DNA of 64,000 nt from Felis catus (lineage: Eukaryota). Below the pieces are notes generated by a model. It was not told the DNA's origin. It made no database searches and saw only the letters and a program-made list of their open reading frames with translations. The stretch is from positions 18,230,001-18,294,000 of the forward strand of contig NC_058368.1 in the NCBI RefSeq assembly GCF_018350175.1, read 5' to 3'. This document shows positions 50,566 to 61,850 of the stretch, piece after piece; position 1 is the first letter of the stretch, and each line of letters starts with the position of its first letter. A program made the translations under genes and the position numbers.

Positions 50566-51098
50566 CACACACATGGAAATTTTAAAGTTACACAATATCC
50601 TCATATTTTGAGCTTATATATGATCTCCATGATTACTGTTAGGTTGCCCTACATCTTAGAAAGTGTTCAGAATATTATAGCTATAGGCAACAGAAAGCCC
50701 TCTGAGCGTACTTCCCCTTTGACTTTCCGTAAGTAACAACCAATATTGGCTCTTAGGAGATGAATATTTGGTATTGCCTCTCTGGAAGGAAGGAGAAGAC
50801 TGACAGTGAAAGGGGAAATGTAAAGAACTTCAAAGTTTTTTGTAATATGTGATTTCACAAAAACATTTGAAGCAATTATTATAAAGTATTTGTATGTTCT
50901 AAATTCAGAGTGTAGGTTTCATGAGTGTTCCTTTGTTGTGTTATCTTCCTATCATACATTCTTCAATATTAGGGCATCTGATTTGAAATCCTACAATTAG
51001 TTCATTCGTTAATTAATTAGTTAGTACAGTCAGCAAAGAGTCAACAACCCCCTACGACATATCTGGGACTGAACTAAGAAATGCAACGTGAAAAAACT

Positions 51099-51143
51099 GT
51101 TGTGATCTCACGGTTTTGTGAGTTCGAGCCCCGCATCAGGCTC
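51099..51143 (+). mobile_element. Orphan 45-bp internal SINE fragment
   Basis: gttgtgatctcacggttttgtgagttcgagccccgcatcaggctc, with no head or tail. 44/45 identical to the reverse complement of 51678-51722. Confidence 0.9.
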
Positions 51144-51551
51144 GAACACCCATGAACAGTTGATTACTAGAGTGTGAACTTCCTGCTTTAAGCTTCCCCA
51201 AAATAAGAGATGATTTTTAATTGAGAACGGAGGACAGATTCACTTATAAAGTGGTTTTAAAATGCCCTACCCACTTATGTCCTGATAAGGAAAAAATGCC
51301 TCTCCTGCTTACCTCTTCTTCCTTCTTCCCATCTCCCTTTTCCAGATCATTGCCATGGTAATTCATTTCTTATAAATGGGCAAGTCTTCATAAAGTGTTC
51401 GAGTAGAAACACTCAATGAAATAAAAGTGTTAAGTATTCTGTCAAATTAAAAAAAAACAAAACTCAGGAGATCACAAGGCCCAAACCTAAGAGTGGACAT
51501 CATTTGGGCCAAAAGATACCAGGTAAGATTGCTTGTCATTGGTTCAGTTTC

Positions 51552-51776
51552 TTCTCTTTCTCTTTTCTTTTTAAAGTTTATTTATTCATTTTTGAGATAG
51601 AGACAGTGTAAGCAGGGGAGGGGCAGAGAGAGAAGGAGAGAGAGAGAATCCTAAGCAGGCTCCACGCTGTCAGCACAGAGCCTGATGCGGGGCTCGAACT
51701 CACGAAACCGTGAGATCACAACCTGAGCCGAGTTCAAGAGTCAGCTGCTTAACCAACTGAACCACCCAGGTGCCCC
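51552..51776 (-). mobile_element. Felid/carnivore SINE
   Basis: Canonical antisense body. TSD gttcagtttc (51542-51551 / 51778-51787). Confidence 0.95.
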
Positions 51777-54700
51777 AGTTCAGTTTCCAATTTGGTTTAG
51801 CATCACTGACAATTTTCTGGATGAATTATGAGAACTTTTGTTTTTTTACTCTTGTCTTACCTTATGATAGTTTTTGTAGAGGGGCTGTACTGCTTAACGC
51901 AACTATTACAAAAGACATGTTGCTGTCAACCGGCTGAAACAGTGAGTCTGAAATTGAATCTACACGTCTGGGCGCTGTGCGTCCCCAGTCATGTTCATTG
52001 TACCTCTGGATGGTTAAGAACTCCCCTGAACACAGATGACTACCTGCTAACCTTTTGATAACCAACCACTGACATGAGATTAGAGGCAGCTCATTGAGGC
52101 AGCCAATGGGCAAATTCTGCTTGCGTGTTATAAAATAGATCTTTACCAGTGTTTCCATTTTACACTGGGAAGCAGTCCGCCAAAGCATCAGCTGAAAGCT
52201 GATTCCTGACAGAATGGCCTTCTAGCTATGAAAGAACTTTTAAAACCAAATAATTCCTTGTATATTCAGGCTCGTGTACTCATAGTGAAGACAAAGAAAG
52301 CAATAACCAGCAAAGCATAAATGGCTGCAGGCAAGGGGTCTCTTGAGCTGGGTGCCATTAACTTGAATTCATTAGCAGGAATGGGATCGCACGTTGACTA
52401 TGGTCATTACCGACGCGCCAATACACGAATAACTTAGCTCCCAGGCTTTGATATTTTATATCATCTCAAAGTTTGTCTCATTTATAAGTATGTCAGCTGA
52501 TGTGGTCATAAGTGATGGAAACAAAATATTCTCTTTATAATCTAGTCTGCAACTTTTCATGGCAGAAAAGACAAGCAACCAATGGAAATGAGGGGGCTCA
52601 AAGCCCGGCTGAATTTAGAGTGCCACTTTGCTTTTTTGCTGTGATTTCTTCCATGTAAAGACTATGCCATATGGGGAGTTCTCCAGCTTGAGCAAAGTTA
52701 ACTGCCTATCCCAATGCACATTATCCCAATGTGAGAACGGAATGAGCTTATGTGGAATATCTATCCTCTGCCATCCACTTGAGTGATCTACTCCCCGGCA
52801 AAGAGGGGCTTGTAGTTTGAATTTCATACAAATGCGGTCGGAAGCGCTGGGACACAGGACACCGCTGAGACATCGTGTCATGCGTCTTTATGAAACTCTT
52901 TCCTCGGTTTCCTCTCTAATCACTATTCGGATGAGCAACAGATCATTTTTGCCCAGAGTCCCTTTTTGAGGACTTAGTCCTCGCCTTAGCAGGCTGTAGT
53001 CCACGTTGGGGAGCCCCTCCTCGGAACAGCCCCGCTCCCACACAGACACGTGTCATCATCTCAGGGAAGGCTGTGTCTGCAAATGACAAGACACAAGTGG
53101 GGAAAATTGGCAACTACATAAAAAAAAAAAAAGACACAAAATAGTCTCCGCCTACCAGTCAGATGCTGTTCCATCAGAACAGAAAACAATGGAGAGAATG
53201 AAGATCATTCAGTTGAACATGATCCATTTTGAGCAATCTCTAATCAATTCAGGGACACCTCCTCTTCTCCCCTCCTCTCCCCTCCATCATCTGTCTACAT
53301 TTGTGTAGCTCTGAGCGCACCATTAAGAACACTTTGACAAGGGTGTCATTTTAATCTGAATGTCTCAAAATGATTGGGGAGGAAAAAAGTTCTCTTTTGG
53401 CTTCAACTCCAAAATAAAATTGAGAAGGAGAAAGAAAGTTTCCCCAAGAGATCTACTTTTGGTGTTGAGTCCTATAGGGCTTCCCTGACGATGGAGGTTA
53501 GTTCAGCATAGAAGGGAGGCTGTGACATTTGTCATCGTTCACTAGAAAGGATTAGTCAGGCCGGCCTGATAGAGGCTAATTTCTCCTCAGTTATAAGGAC
53601 TTTAAGGGAGGAGAACTTAGAATGTGTAGTCAAAAGTCGGCAGTCAGGCTCTGTGTCTTATCATCTGTGTTACTTGCACATGTCTTTAATATCTCAGAGT
53701 CTCTTATGTGGAAGGTAGAGATCGTATCTTTAGGGTAACGTGAATATCAAATGAGGAATCTAATCTACGTGAAAATGCAGTACTTGACTTATGTGGGAAG
53801 ACAATAATATTTGAAGTGAATACGGAGTTCAAAGTCTGCGGTGGCAGGAGTTTAACCCTGGGCTACCCTTAGAGGCGATTCCGACGCGGGGGTAACGTGC
53901 ACATGGGCCCCAAAGGTGCGTGTACATTTCTCAGGCCAGGCGGGCCCTGCGCATGCGTGGAAGAAGGGTAGACTTGGCACTGAGGTCTCCACTCACGCTC
54001 TCTTTGTGTGCTTTCCTCTCTGAGGCTCCCCACTCCACTTTGCAGCGGTGACCTTGACCCCCCCCCTGCCCCCCGCCGGTTAGTCTCTTATATCACATCT
54101 ACAGGGACTCAATCTCTCTCCCACCCCCGCCCCCCCCAGTCTTTCTATCTTTCCCTTTGGCATATATTCCAGTTATTTAAACTTTGGTTGTTTGGTTCTG
54201 TAGAGCCTCCTCCGTTCGGGATTTTGCTACCTACATCTGCAATTTTTAAGCTTTTTCCTTTATCTCTGGTATTTCCTGTGACATGGTGGTAGACCCAGAA
54301 ACTTGGTACATTCAGGTCTGATGTTTTGTTAAGAATCCCTCAGAACTGACGTGTGCTTTCCACTGCATCTTCAAGGGGCACATATCAGGTGGTTGTTTCT
54401 TTTGTTGGTGACATTCAGATGGATCAGTGGGTTGGAGCATGGTTAGCCTGATTTATTCTTTATCAAGTTTATCTAAGGGTTTTAACAGTCCTGGTTATTG
54501 TTACTAGATCCATTATTTCATTAGGGTTTGCAAAATGCTAATATTCTAATTCTATTATTTCTTGGGTTTTTTTTTTTTTTATTGGTTGGAATGCAATTAC
54601 AGATAAAAACTGGTGCTCATCAAGCACTCGATTACTCTTAGGTATGACATGGGCAAGAAAGACAATATAAAGTATATTTTTTTACTTTACCAGTTTTCCG

Positions 54701-54903
54701 AAGAATGAGTTGATTCTTCAAAGGTGACTAACGATGTTGTTGCAGTTTTTCTGTTTTAGTGTTACTATAAATGGGTGGATTTTAACTTAATATGTTTCGA
54801 CCCATTATGGTTACTCTCCTTTTTAACATTCAAATGATCTCTTCTTTGGCTGGTGGGACTGCCTACGAGTCGAGTACGAAATTCTTTTAATATGACCCCA
54901 GTT

Positions 54904-55126
54904 GGGGCGCCTAGGTGGCGCAGTCGGTTAAGCGTCCGACTTCAGCCAGGTCACGATCTCGCGGTCCGTGAGTTCGAGCCCCGCGTCAGGCTCTGGGCTG
55001 ATGGCTCAGAGCCTGGAGCCTGTTTCCGATTCTGTGTCTCCCTCTCTCTCTGCCCCTCCCCCGTTCATGCTCTGTTTCTCTCTGTCCCAAAACAAATAAA
55101 AAACGTTGAAAAAAAATTTAAAAAAA
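54904..55126 (+). mobile_element. Young felid SINE
   Basis: TSD aatatgaccccagt (54889-54902 / 55127-55140). Confidence 0.97.
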
Positions 55127-55855
55127 AATATGACCCCAGTAACCTTGAATAACTTCCTTGTTTTCTGGATGCTACAAAATGTTCCTGATTCATCTAGAAC
55201 ATTTTTCTTCCCTGGATCTGGAATGAGCCCTTTCTCCCAAGCAGCCCTGTCTTATTTTATTGGGAAATGACATTTAGAGACCACGGTCTGGAAGTTAGAA
55301 GTGGTCAGTATAACTAGACGGACTACCATTCTTGGCATTTTTAATAAAAGTAGAAAATACATTGTATTTTTAGAGAAAAATGAATGAATTTATTGAAATG
55401 TTTCAAGTTTATAATGCTGTGGTGTTAACATCTTTTATTTTATATTATGCATTGTTTCTCTTATGCTGAAAATCATTTCCTAAATGTAATAGTTTCTAAT
55501 AACAAATGGAACGTTAATACTCTTAATACGGTTCCCGAAAATAGTTTAAAACATCCTCATAATTCTTTCTGACCCTAAGATATATCCTGACTATAGGTGT
55601 ATTGTTACATTATACTGTTTTAACATCACTTGAAATGTTCTTCTCTATGATTAGGACAACTTAGTACATAGATTCATTTGTTAATTTTGATTTTGTTTTA
55701 GGGTCTGTTTTTAAAATTTAATATTAAATTTATAATTTTGCATACGCACACAATAGGGTTGTCAGTCATTTTATCTATTTTCTTTAAATTTAGGGCTATT
55801 TATACTTTGTGATATAAGTTGCAAATATTTTCTTTATTGCCATTGTTTTATTTTT

Positions 55856-56069
55856 AATTTTTTTTAATGTTTATTTATTTTTGAGAGAGACAGAGACAGA
55901 ATCCGAGTGGGTTAGGGGCAGAGAGAGAGGGAGACACAGAAGCAGAAGCAGGCTCTAGGCTCTGAGCTGTCAGCACAGAGCCCGACGCAGGGCTCGAACT
56001 CACAAGCTGTGAGATCATGACCTGAGCCAAAGTCAGACGCTCAACTGACTGAGCCACCCAGGCGGCCCC
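55856..56069 (-). mobile_element. Felid SINE ('ccctaaccc' subfamily)
   Basis: Antisense body containing gagtgggttagggg. TSD gttttattttt. Confidence 0.95.
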
Positions 56070-56348
56070 GGTTTTATTTTTTGTTTTTTTTTTTCTTTGT
56101 TTTGGTGTTGTTGTCATGCAAAAGTTTTTTTTTTTTTTTTTTTTTTTTTTAAGTAATCTAATATGTCTATTGTTTTCTCTTATTGCCTCTGGATATTGAG
56201 TTATAGTTTGTAAACTCTTTCTCATCTCAGGTTAAGGGAAATTCACTCATGTTTTCTTCAAGAACTTGTATCGATGGGGCTACATTTGGTACTTGATTGA
56301 TTTTAAATTAATCCTGTGTACGATGGATCCAATTTTAGCTTTTTTTCT

Positions 56349-56580
56349 TTTTTTTTTCTTTTTTTTTTTAATTTTTTTTTTTAACGTTTATTTATTTCTG
56401 AGACAGAGAGAGAGCATGAACGGGGGAGGGGCAGAGAGAGAGGGAGACACAGAATCGGAAGCAGGCTCCAGGCTCTGAGCCATCAGCCCAGAGCCCGACG
56501 CGGGGCTCCAACTCCCGGACTGCGAGATCGTGACCTGGCTGAAGTCGGACGCTTAACCGACTGCGCCACCCAGGCGCCCC
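56349..56580 (-). mobile_element. Young felid SINE
   Basis: Perfect TSD aattttagctttttttct (56331-56348 / 56581-56598). Confidence 0.97.
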
Positions 56581-56833
56581 AATTTTAGCTTTTTTTCTAC
56601 AGTTATTCTAGCACAACTTGATAAGAAGTCCACCATTTCCCCTCAGATTTTCTATACTAAAGTTTTACCTGCATTAAATTTATTTCTGAATTTTCTATTT
56701 TGTTTTATTGGCTTATTCATATGCTAATACCATGTTCTTTTAACTGAGATAAACATTAAACTTATAAAATAACCTGGGGAAAACTCACATCTTTATGAGG
56801 TTGAGCTTTACCATTCAGAAATAGGTTTTTTCA

Positions 56834-57054
56834 GGGAGCCTGGGTGGCTTAGTCGGTTGAGCGTCTGACTTCGGCTCAGGTCGTGATCTCACAGCTCATG
56901 AGTTCCAGCCCTGCGTCCGGCTCTGTGCTGACACCTCAGAACCTGGAGCCTGCTTCAGATTCTGTGTCTCCCTCTCCCTCTGCCCCTAACCCACTCACAT
57001 TCTGTCTCTGTCTCTCTCAGAAATAAATAAACATTTTTTAAAAATTAAAAAAAA
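56834..57054 (+). mobile_element. Felid SINE ('ccctaaccc' subfamily)
   Basis: gggagcctgggtggcttagtcgg head, tgcccctaacccactc, aaataaataaac tail. Confidence 0.95.
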
Positions 57055-57870
57055 TTTTTTTTTTTCAATTTGGTCAATGCTCCTTGTTTATCTTTCAATG
57101 ATGTTTTAAATTTATCATCTCACAGGTCTTGTATTAACCTGCTTGGGTTCTGCTGAGCTCAAATTTGCGGTGTGATATTTCTCATTATTTTAGAAAATTC
57201 TTGACCACTGTCTCTTAAGATATTACTTCCGATCCATTCTCTCTCTCCTGTCCTTCTGGAATTCCAATTACACGAAAGTAGAACTTTTGACAATGTCCCA
57301 CATGTTTTAACAGCACCTTAGTGCTATAACTAACTAACGTAGGATAACTTAGAATTAAGTAACCTTCTCTTCTGTGTACCCATTGATATTAGACCTATCC
57401 ATTGAGTACATAATTCCAGTTATTGTAATTTTTTTCATTTTTTTTCAGTTCAAGAATATTCTTTTTGAAAGATTTCATTTCTTCATGAGATTTTCATTTT
57501 TAAAATCTTTCTCACCACGCTTACCCTTCTACTCAATCATATGACTCAACGCTATAAGGTCTTTGTCTGCAATTTCCAATATTCGGATCACCTATGAGAC
57601 CGTTCCCGTTGTCATATTTTCCCTCACATTTTCAGCCATATGGTTCTGTCTGGTCATTTTGTTATTTAATGCTGAACGATGCTAGTAAAATTTTTAGCGT
57701 TTCTCATTTCTCAGCTATCTTCCATCCGAGAGACTTCACCCGTCCCTCCGCTTGGCAGGTGGCGGTCCTAATCCAAGTATTCACGAGATTAGAAGCCGAG
57801 TTGGAGCTTTGCTAAGACTCCGTTGGCCTCTGAGGAACTTTCCTCCTCAAGGCTAACCCTATTGCTGCCC

Positions 57871-58362
57871 TGTTGTTTTCTGTTGCTGTGGTCACAAATT
57901 ACCACACACCTAGTGGCTTGTGACAACACAGTTTACGACCTTACAGCTCTGTATGTGGCAAGACTGATGTAGTTTGCGCTGGGCTAAGATCAGTGCGCGG
58001 ACAGGGTTGCCCTCCTTTCAAGAAGTTCTAGGGGGATCTGTCTCCGTGCCTTTTCTCCTTTCTGGAGGCCACCCGCATGCCTTGGCTCATGGTATCCTCG
58101 TCCTTCTCAAGCCCAGCAGTGTGCCAGCCTCCAGTCTATTTCTCTACTTCCGCGGTAACATTGCCTCTTTCTGCTTTTGACATCGCTGCTCATCTGTTGC
58201 AAGGACCCTTGTGATTCCCGGATAGTCCAGGATAACCGCCCTGTCTCACAATTCTTCATTACTCACACGTACCAAGTCCCTTTTGCCTTATGAGGTAACG
58301 TGCGCCCAAGTTCAGGGACTAGCGTGTGGACAGCTTCGGAGGCCACCGTTCGGCCCACCACG
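57871..58362 (-). mobile_element. MaLR solo LTR (MLT1C/D-like)
   Basis: acaaattaccacacacctagtggctt, tttctggaggccacccgcatgccttggctcatgg, aaggacccttgtgatt, ccaagtcccttttgcc. Confidence 0.85.
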
Positions 58363-58374
58363 AGTCTGCCAAGT

Positions 58375-58581
58375 GGGGTGGCCAGATTTAACAGTTACGG
58401 ATCTAAAACGTACAAATTACAAAAATAAATGGTTACATTTGAATTTCAGATAAGCACCAAATAATTTTGTACTTTAAGTATGTCCTACCGAGTATCTGGC
58501 TCATACTTATAAATATGTTTATTGTGTATCTGAGATTCAGATTAAACGGGGCCTTCTTCTGCATTTTTTCTGCCAATTCTA
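58375..58581. mobile_element. MER53-like palindromic MITE
   Basis: ggggtggccagattta start. Internal inverted arms tgaatttcagata (58440-58452) / tatctgagattca (58527-58539) and taagtatg (58475-58482) / catactta (58502-58509). Confidence 0.8.
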
Positions 58582-59969
58582 CCTTCAACGCCAACACTAA
58601 GAGCCTGATCTACTCACGGGGACACCTCCTTCTGGTTGATCCCGCACTCTGATCCTTGTCTCTTCAATAGAGCATGATTACCAATTACTCAAATATGCTT
58701 TTCAGAAACTTCCCATTTAGCTTCTCAAACTCCCGGCATTAGGGAAAGATCTCACAGGCAAAGACGACCCACGTGCTAGGCTCAGCTCTCTGAATACTTC
58801 TCTCACCAGGATCCTAGTTCGTCAGATCTGATTTTAAATTTCCGGCCAAGATGACTGCGGCCATCTCTGTTGGTTTCTCTCTTTTTTTGTGGGGGCCTCT
58901 GCCTGGGGCAAGCTCAGCTTCCTTTCCCGCACCCAGAATCAGCAACTGTTCCCGGGGGCAAAGTGGCCAATGACTCCTGGGTCACTGTCCGCACGAGGGC
59001 CGAAGTGGTTGGTGGGAGCACCAGCCCGGGTGGACAGAATGGAGGTGATGTGGTGACATCCCAGTGAGAAAGCGTGCTTGTCCACTGGGCGTCAGAGACC
59101 TTGGCGGGGATATTTGTCCTGACACTGAGCCAAGCAGGCCCCTCTGAACAATGGGAGGTTGGCAAGCGTCCCTTCCTGCACACGTGGCTTTCCTTTCAGG
59201 GAAAGTGAGTGAAAGCCGGGCCCAGGCTGTCCGAAACTGGCCTTGGAGCTTCATCCTGGGCACCATCATTTAAAGAAGGAGAATTTTAATGTAATGACTT
59301 TGAAGCTTTTGCCTTCCTGCAATTGCCCTCTTCTAATAGCAAAGACATGGTCACTGCTTCTCTAGCAAGAAGTCAGTTGTGGCCAGCGTGGGGATGGGTG
59401 TGATTGGATATCCAAGGTCAAAGGTGAGACACCTCCAGTGTGGGGCTTTTCTTCCTTCCCCTTCCCTTTCTGGGGCATCTTCTGTGCCACTTGCTTTGCA
59501 CCTGGAACATAATTTCCTGCTTTTGGACACCAGGCCTCCATGCACTAAGTTTTGGGAGCTATAATCTCTCTCCTCCCCTTTAGCAAAAACTGCTCAGGGG
59601 ATTCAGAACTAATTTACACTGAGGAGGGGAGGCAGGCAAATTAATGGACGGGACTTTATCTCACTCTGGGTTGTCTCCATTGTGTGGGGCTTAGAAAAGT
59701 CCTGATGAACTCAAAGCCTGAAGCACAGACCAACTCAAATTGATAGGGGATTTGGGGCAGAGGGTTGGGGGGGGCGGTTTCCCCTGTCTTGAAATTTCAA
59801 AACGTTATTCACAATGGGATGCTCAGAGCGAAGACAGATTTTGAATCAATAAAGTATTTTCAAAGGGAACCATACATTTCCCAGGCCAGACGAATATTCG
59901 GGGAAAAATATTGAGTCGATCCCATGCATTAGAGGAACACAAATGTTCTTTTAAAAATTACTTCATACA

Positions 59970-60242
59970 CGATGACTATATGTATCACAGTACTGCCGGT
60001 GGTGTCATGGAATAGAAGAAAGACATCGTGTCGAACTAAGGAACTCTGAGTAAAGTATGGACTTTAGTTGCTGATAATGTATCCATTGTGGTTCGTTAGT
60101 TGTGACAAGTGTCGCACGACGAGGTAAGATTTTAACAACGGGGGAGACCGGGTGCTGGGTAGATGGAAACGTTCTGCACTATCTTCACGACTTTTCCGTA
60201 AATCTAAAATTATTCTAAAATAAAAGGTTTATTTTTAAAAAA
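59970..60242 (+). mobile_element. L1 3' terminus (L1MC/L1MD-like)
   Basis: aaagtatggactttagtt...gttagttgtgacaagtg...gcactatcttcacgacttttccgtaaatctaaaattattctaaaataaaagg. Possible degenerate TSD aaaattacttcatac / aaaatgatttcatat. Confidence 0.8.
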
Positions 60243-60699
60243 TGATTTCATATACAAAGAAGGTGTTGAAAAGCAAGGGGAGGTGGGACAATGAAAGGTT
60301 ACACTCGTGACTAAAGCTATTAAACAGAATAGAAATATTAATATTCCACATAGATTTAGAGAAATTATGTCAGCGAATCATGGTCTAGAAATAGCACGGT
60401 GGAAATGGGGCGTTTCAAGTGGGGGGGGAGCCATGTCACAGAGCCCAGGAGCCCCACCAAGTCCGTGCTCACTTACAAATAACCCTGAGAAACTTTCCGT
60501 GAATGAAAATGTGTATAATTCCCAGTTTTTAAAGAGCCATGGGCTGAGAGCCAAAAAATATTCTTGGATTCTATTCTTTCAGTATCCTAAAATTAACCTA
60601 TTAGAATGAACTCTTCTACTCAGCTGTTTGAAATGGGGTGTCTATCTCTGAAAGCAACCATTTTATTCAAGTTTTGTTTGAAGTGAGACATCGGATTCT

Positions 60700-60895
60700 T
60701 TTTTTCTACTGTTTTTCATGAAAAATTTCAAGCATACACACAAAAGTAGACAGGACAGTGTAATAAACCCTATTTGCCCATTAAGCAGCTTCATCTGTCA
60801 TGACAACCCCACCAACCTTGTTTCAACTATCCCTTCTGTCCCCTTATTTTTTCTCTAGAATACTATAACGTGATTCTAAGATATCAGAGTTTTTA
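60700..60895 (-). mobile_element. Ancient L1 3' terminus fragment
   Basis: atgaaaaatttcaagcatacacacaaaagtagacag...accaaccttgtttcaactat. Confidence 0.6.
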
Positions 60896-61019
60896 CTGCT
60901 TAAATATATGGACATTCTCGGTACTCTTCTGTAACTATTTATGGAGCACCTACTCCAGAAATGAGGAAAGACACTTCTTCAGGACGTCTCTGTTGAGGTA
61001 AAAAAGAAAACTGGGGGGG

Positions 61020-61418
61020 GGGGCACCTGAGTGGCTCAGTTGGTTAAGCATCAGACTTCGGCTCAGGTCATGATCTCATAGTTTGTGGGTCCGAGCCCTA
61101 TGTAGGTCTCTGTGCTGAAAGCTCAGAGCCTGGCCGCTCTGTCTCTCTTCGTCTCTCAAAAATAAATCAGCATTGAAAAAAGTTTTGTTTTTCAATTTTT
61201 TTTAATGTTTATTATTTGAGAAAGAGACAGAGAGCAAGCAGGGGAAGGGCAGAGAGAGAGGGAGACACAGAATCGGAGGCAGGCTCCAGGCTCTGAGCTG
61301 CCAGCACAGAGCCCGATGCGGGGCTCGAACCCACAGACTGCGAGATCGTGACCTGAGCCAAAGTCGGCCGCCTAACCGACTGAGCCACCCAGGCACCCCT
61401 GAAAAAAAATTTTAAAGG
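61020..61418 (+). mobile_element. Felid SINE (internally deleted) whose tail is interrupted by a second SINE
   Basis: Outer TSD aaaagaaaactgggg (61002-61016) / aaaagaaaactaggg (61419-61433). Confidence 0.9.
61187..61399 (-). mobile_element. Felid SINE nested antisense in the tail of the preceding SINE
   Basis: Inner TSD tgaaaaaagtttt (61174-61186) / tgaaaaaaaatttt (61400-61413). Confidence 0.93.
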
Positions 61419-61559
61419 AAAAGAAAACTAGGGTTGAGAAAGGAAGAAATTATCATAACTTGATTTTTCTCAGGGAAGTGGAAGCAAGATCGCGTGCCAA
61501 TCACGGGAGTCAGATTTGACCGGAATCAAAGGAATTAGCCAGCAACGTGACTGCAGTGA

Positions 61560-61850
61560 TACACTCTACACTCCCAGGGCTTCCCTCCAATTTCCAGCCG
61601 ACTAGAGACTGGCGAGGCCACCTGGCTAGTCCTGGCCCACAATAGGTGAGCATAAATGACTTCTGTTTCTTCCACGATGAGACACTGAATAGCCAGGGTG
61701 CTGCCTTCTTTTCCCCTGCCACAGCACCCCCGGGGAGCCACATGGTGATCTGGTGGCATCGCAAGATGGACAAACGTGGATCCCAAATTAGTGCTTGGAG
61801 GAGAGCCCAGCCAATAGGCGTGGCCATCACACAACTGAGCCACGGACTGT
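61560..61850 (+). mobile_element. Old MaLR LTR fragment (MLT1I/J-like)
   Basis: ggagccacatggtgatctggtggcatcgcaagatgga...gtggatccc...tgcttggaggagagc, an MLT1I/J-type motif string. Confidence 0.55.

Larger units (their letters stand above)
54150..57800 (-). mobile_element. Fragmented ancient L1 (L1MC4/5- or L1ME-like), hosting four SINEs
   Basis: T-rich antisense L1 text (actagatccattatttcattagggtttgcaaaatg, gatctggaatgagccctttctcccaagcagccctg, ttctctctcctgtccttctggaattccaattaca). Probably several pieces, boundaries approximate. Confidence 0.6.

Noticed and set aside
52968..52982. Short inverted repeat gaggact-t-agtcctc (also ttacgcgtaa at 44240-44249)
   Set aside because: Arms of 5-7 bp are expected by chance in 64 kb.
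18279..56478. Recurrent similar ORFs (GQRETEHE...RLTDCATQ, WVAQSVK...LTAQSLEPASDSVSPSLS)
   Set aside because: These are translations of SINE copies, not a gene family.
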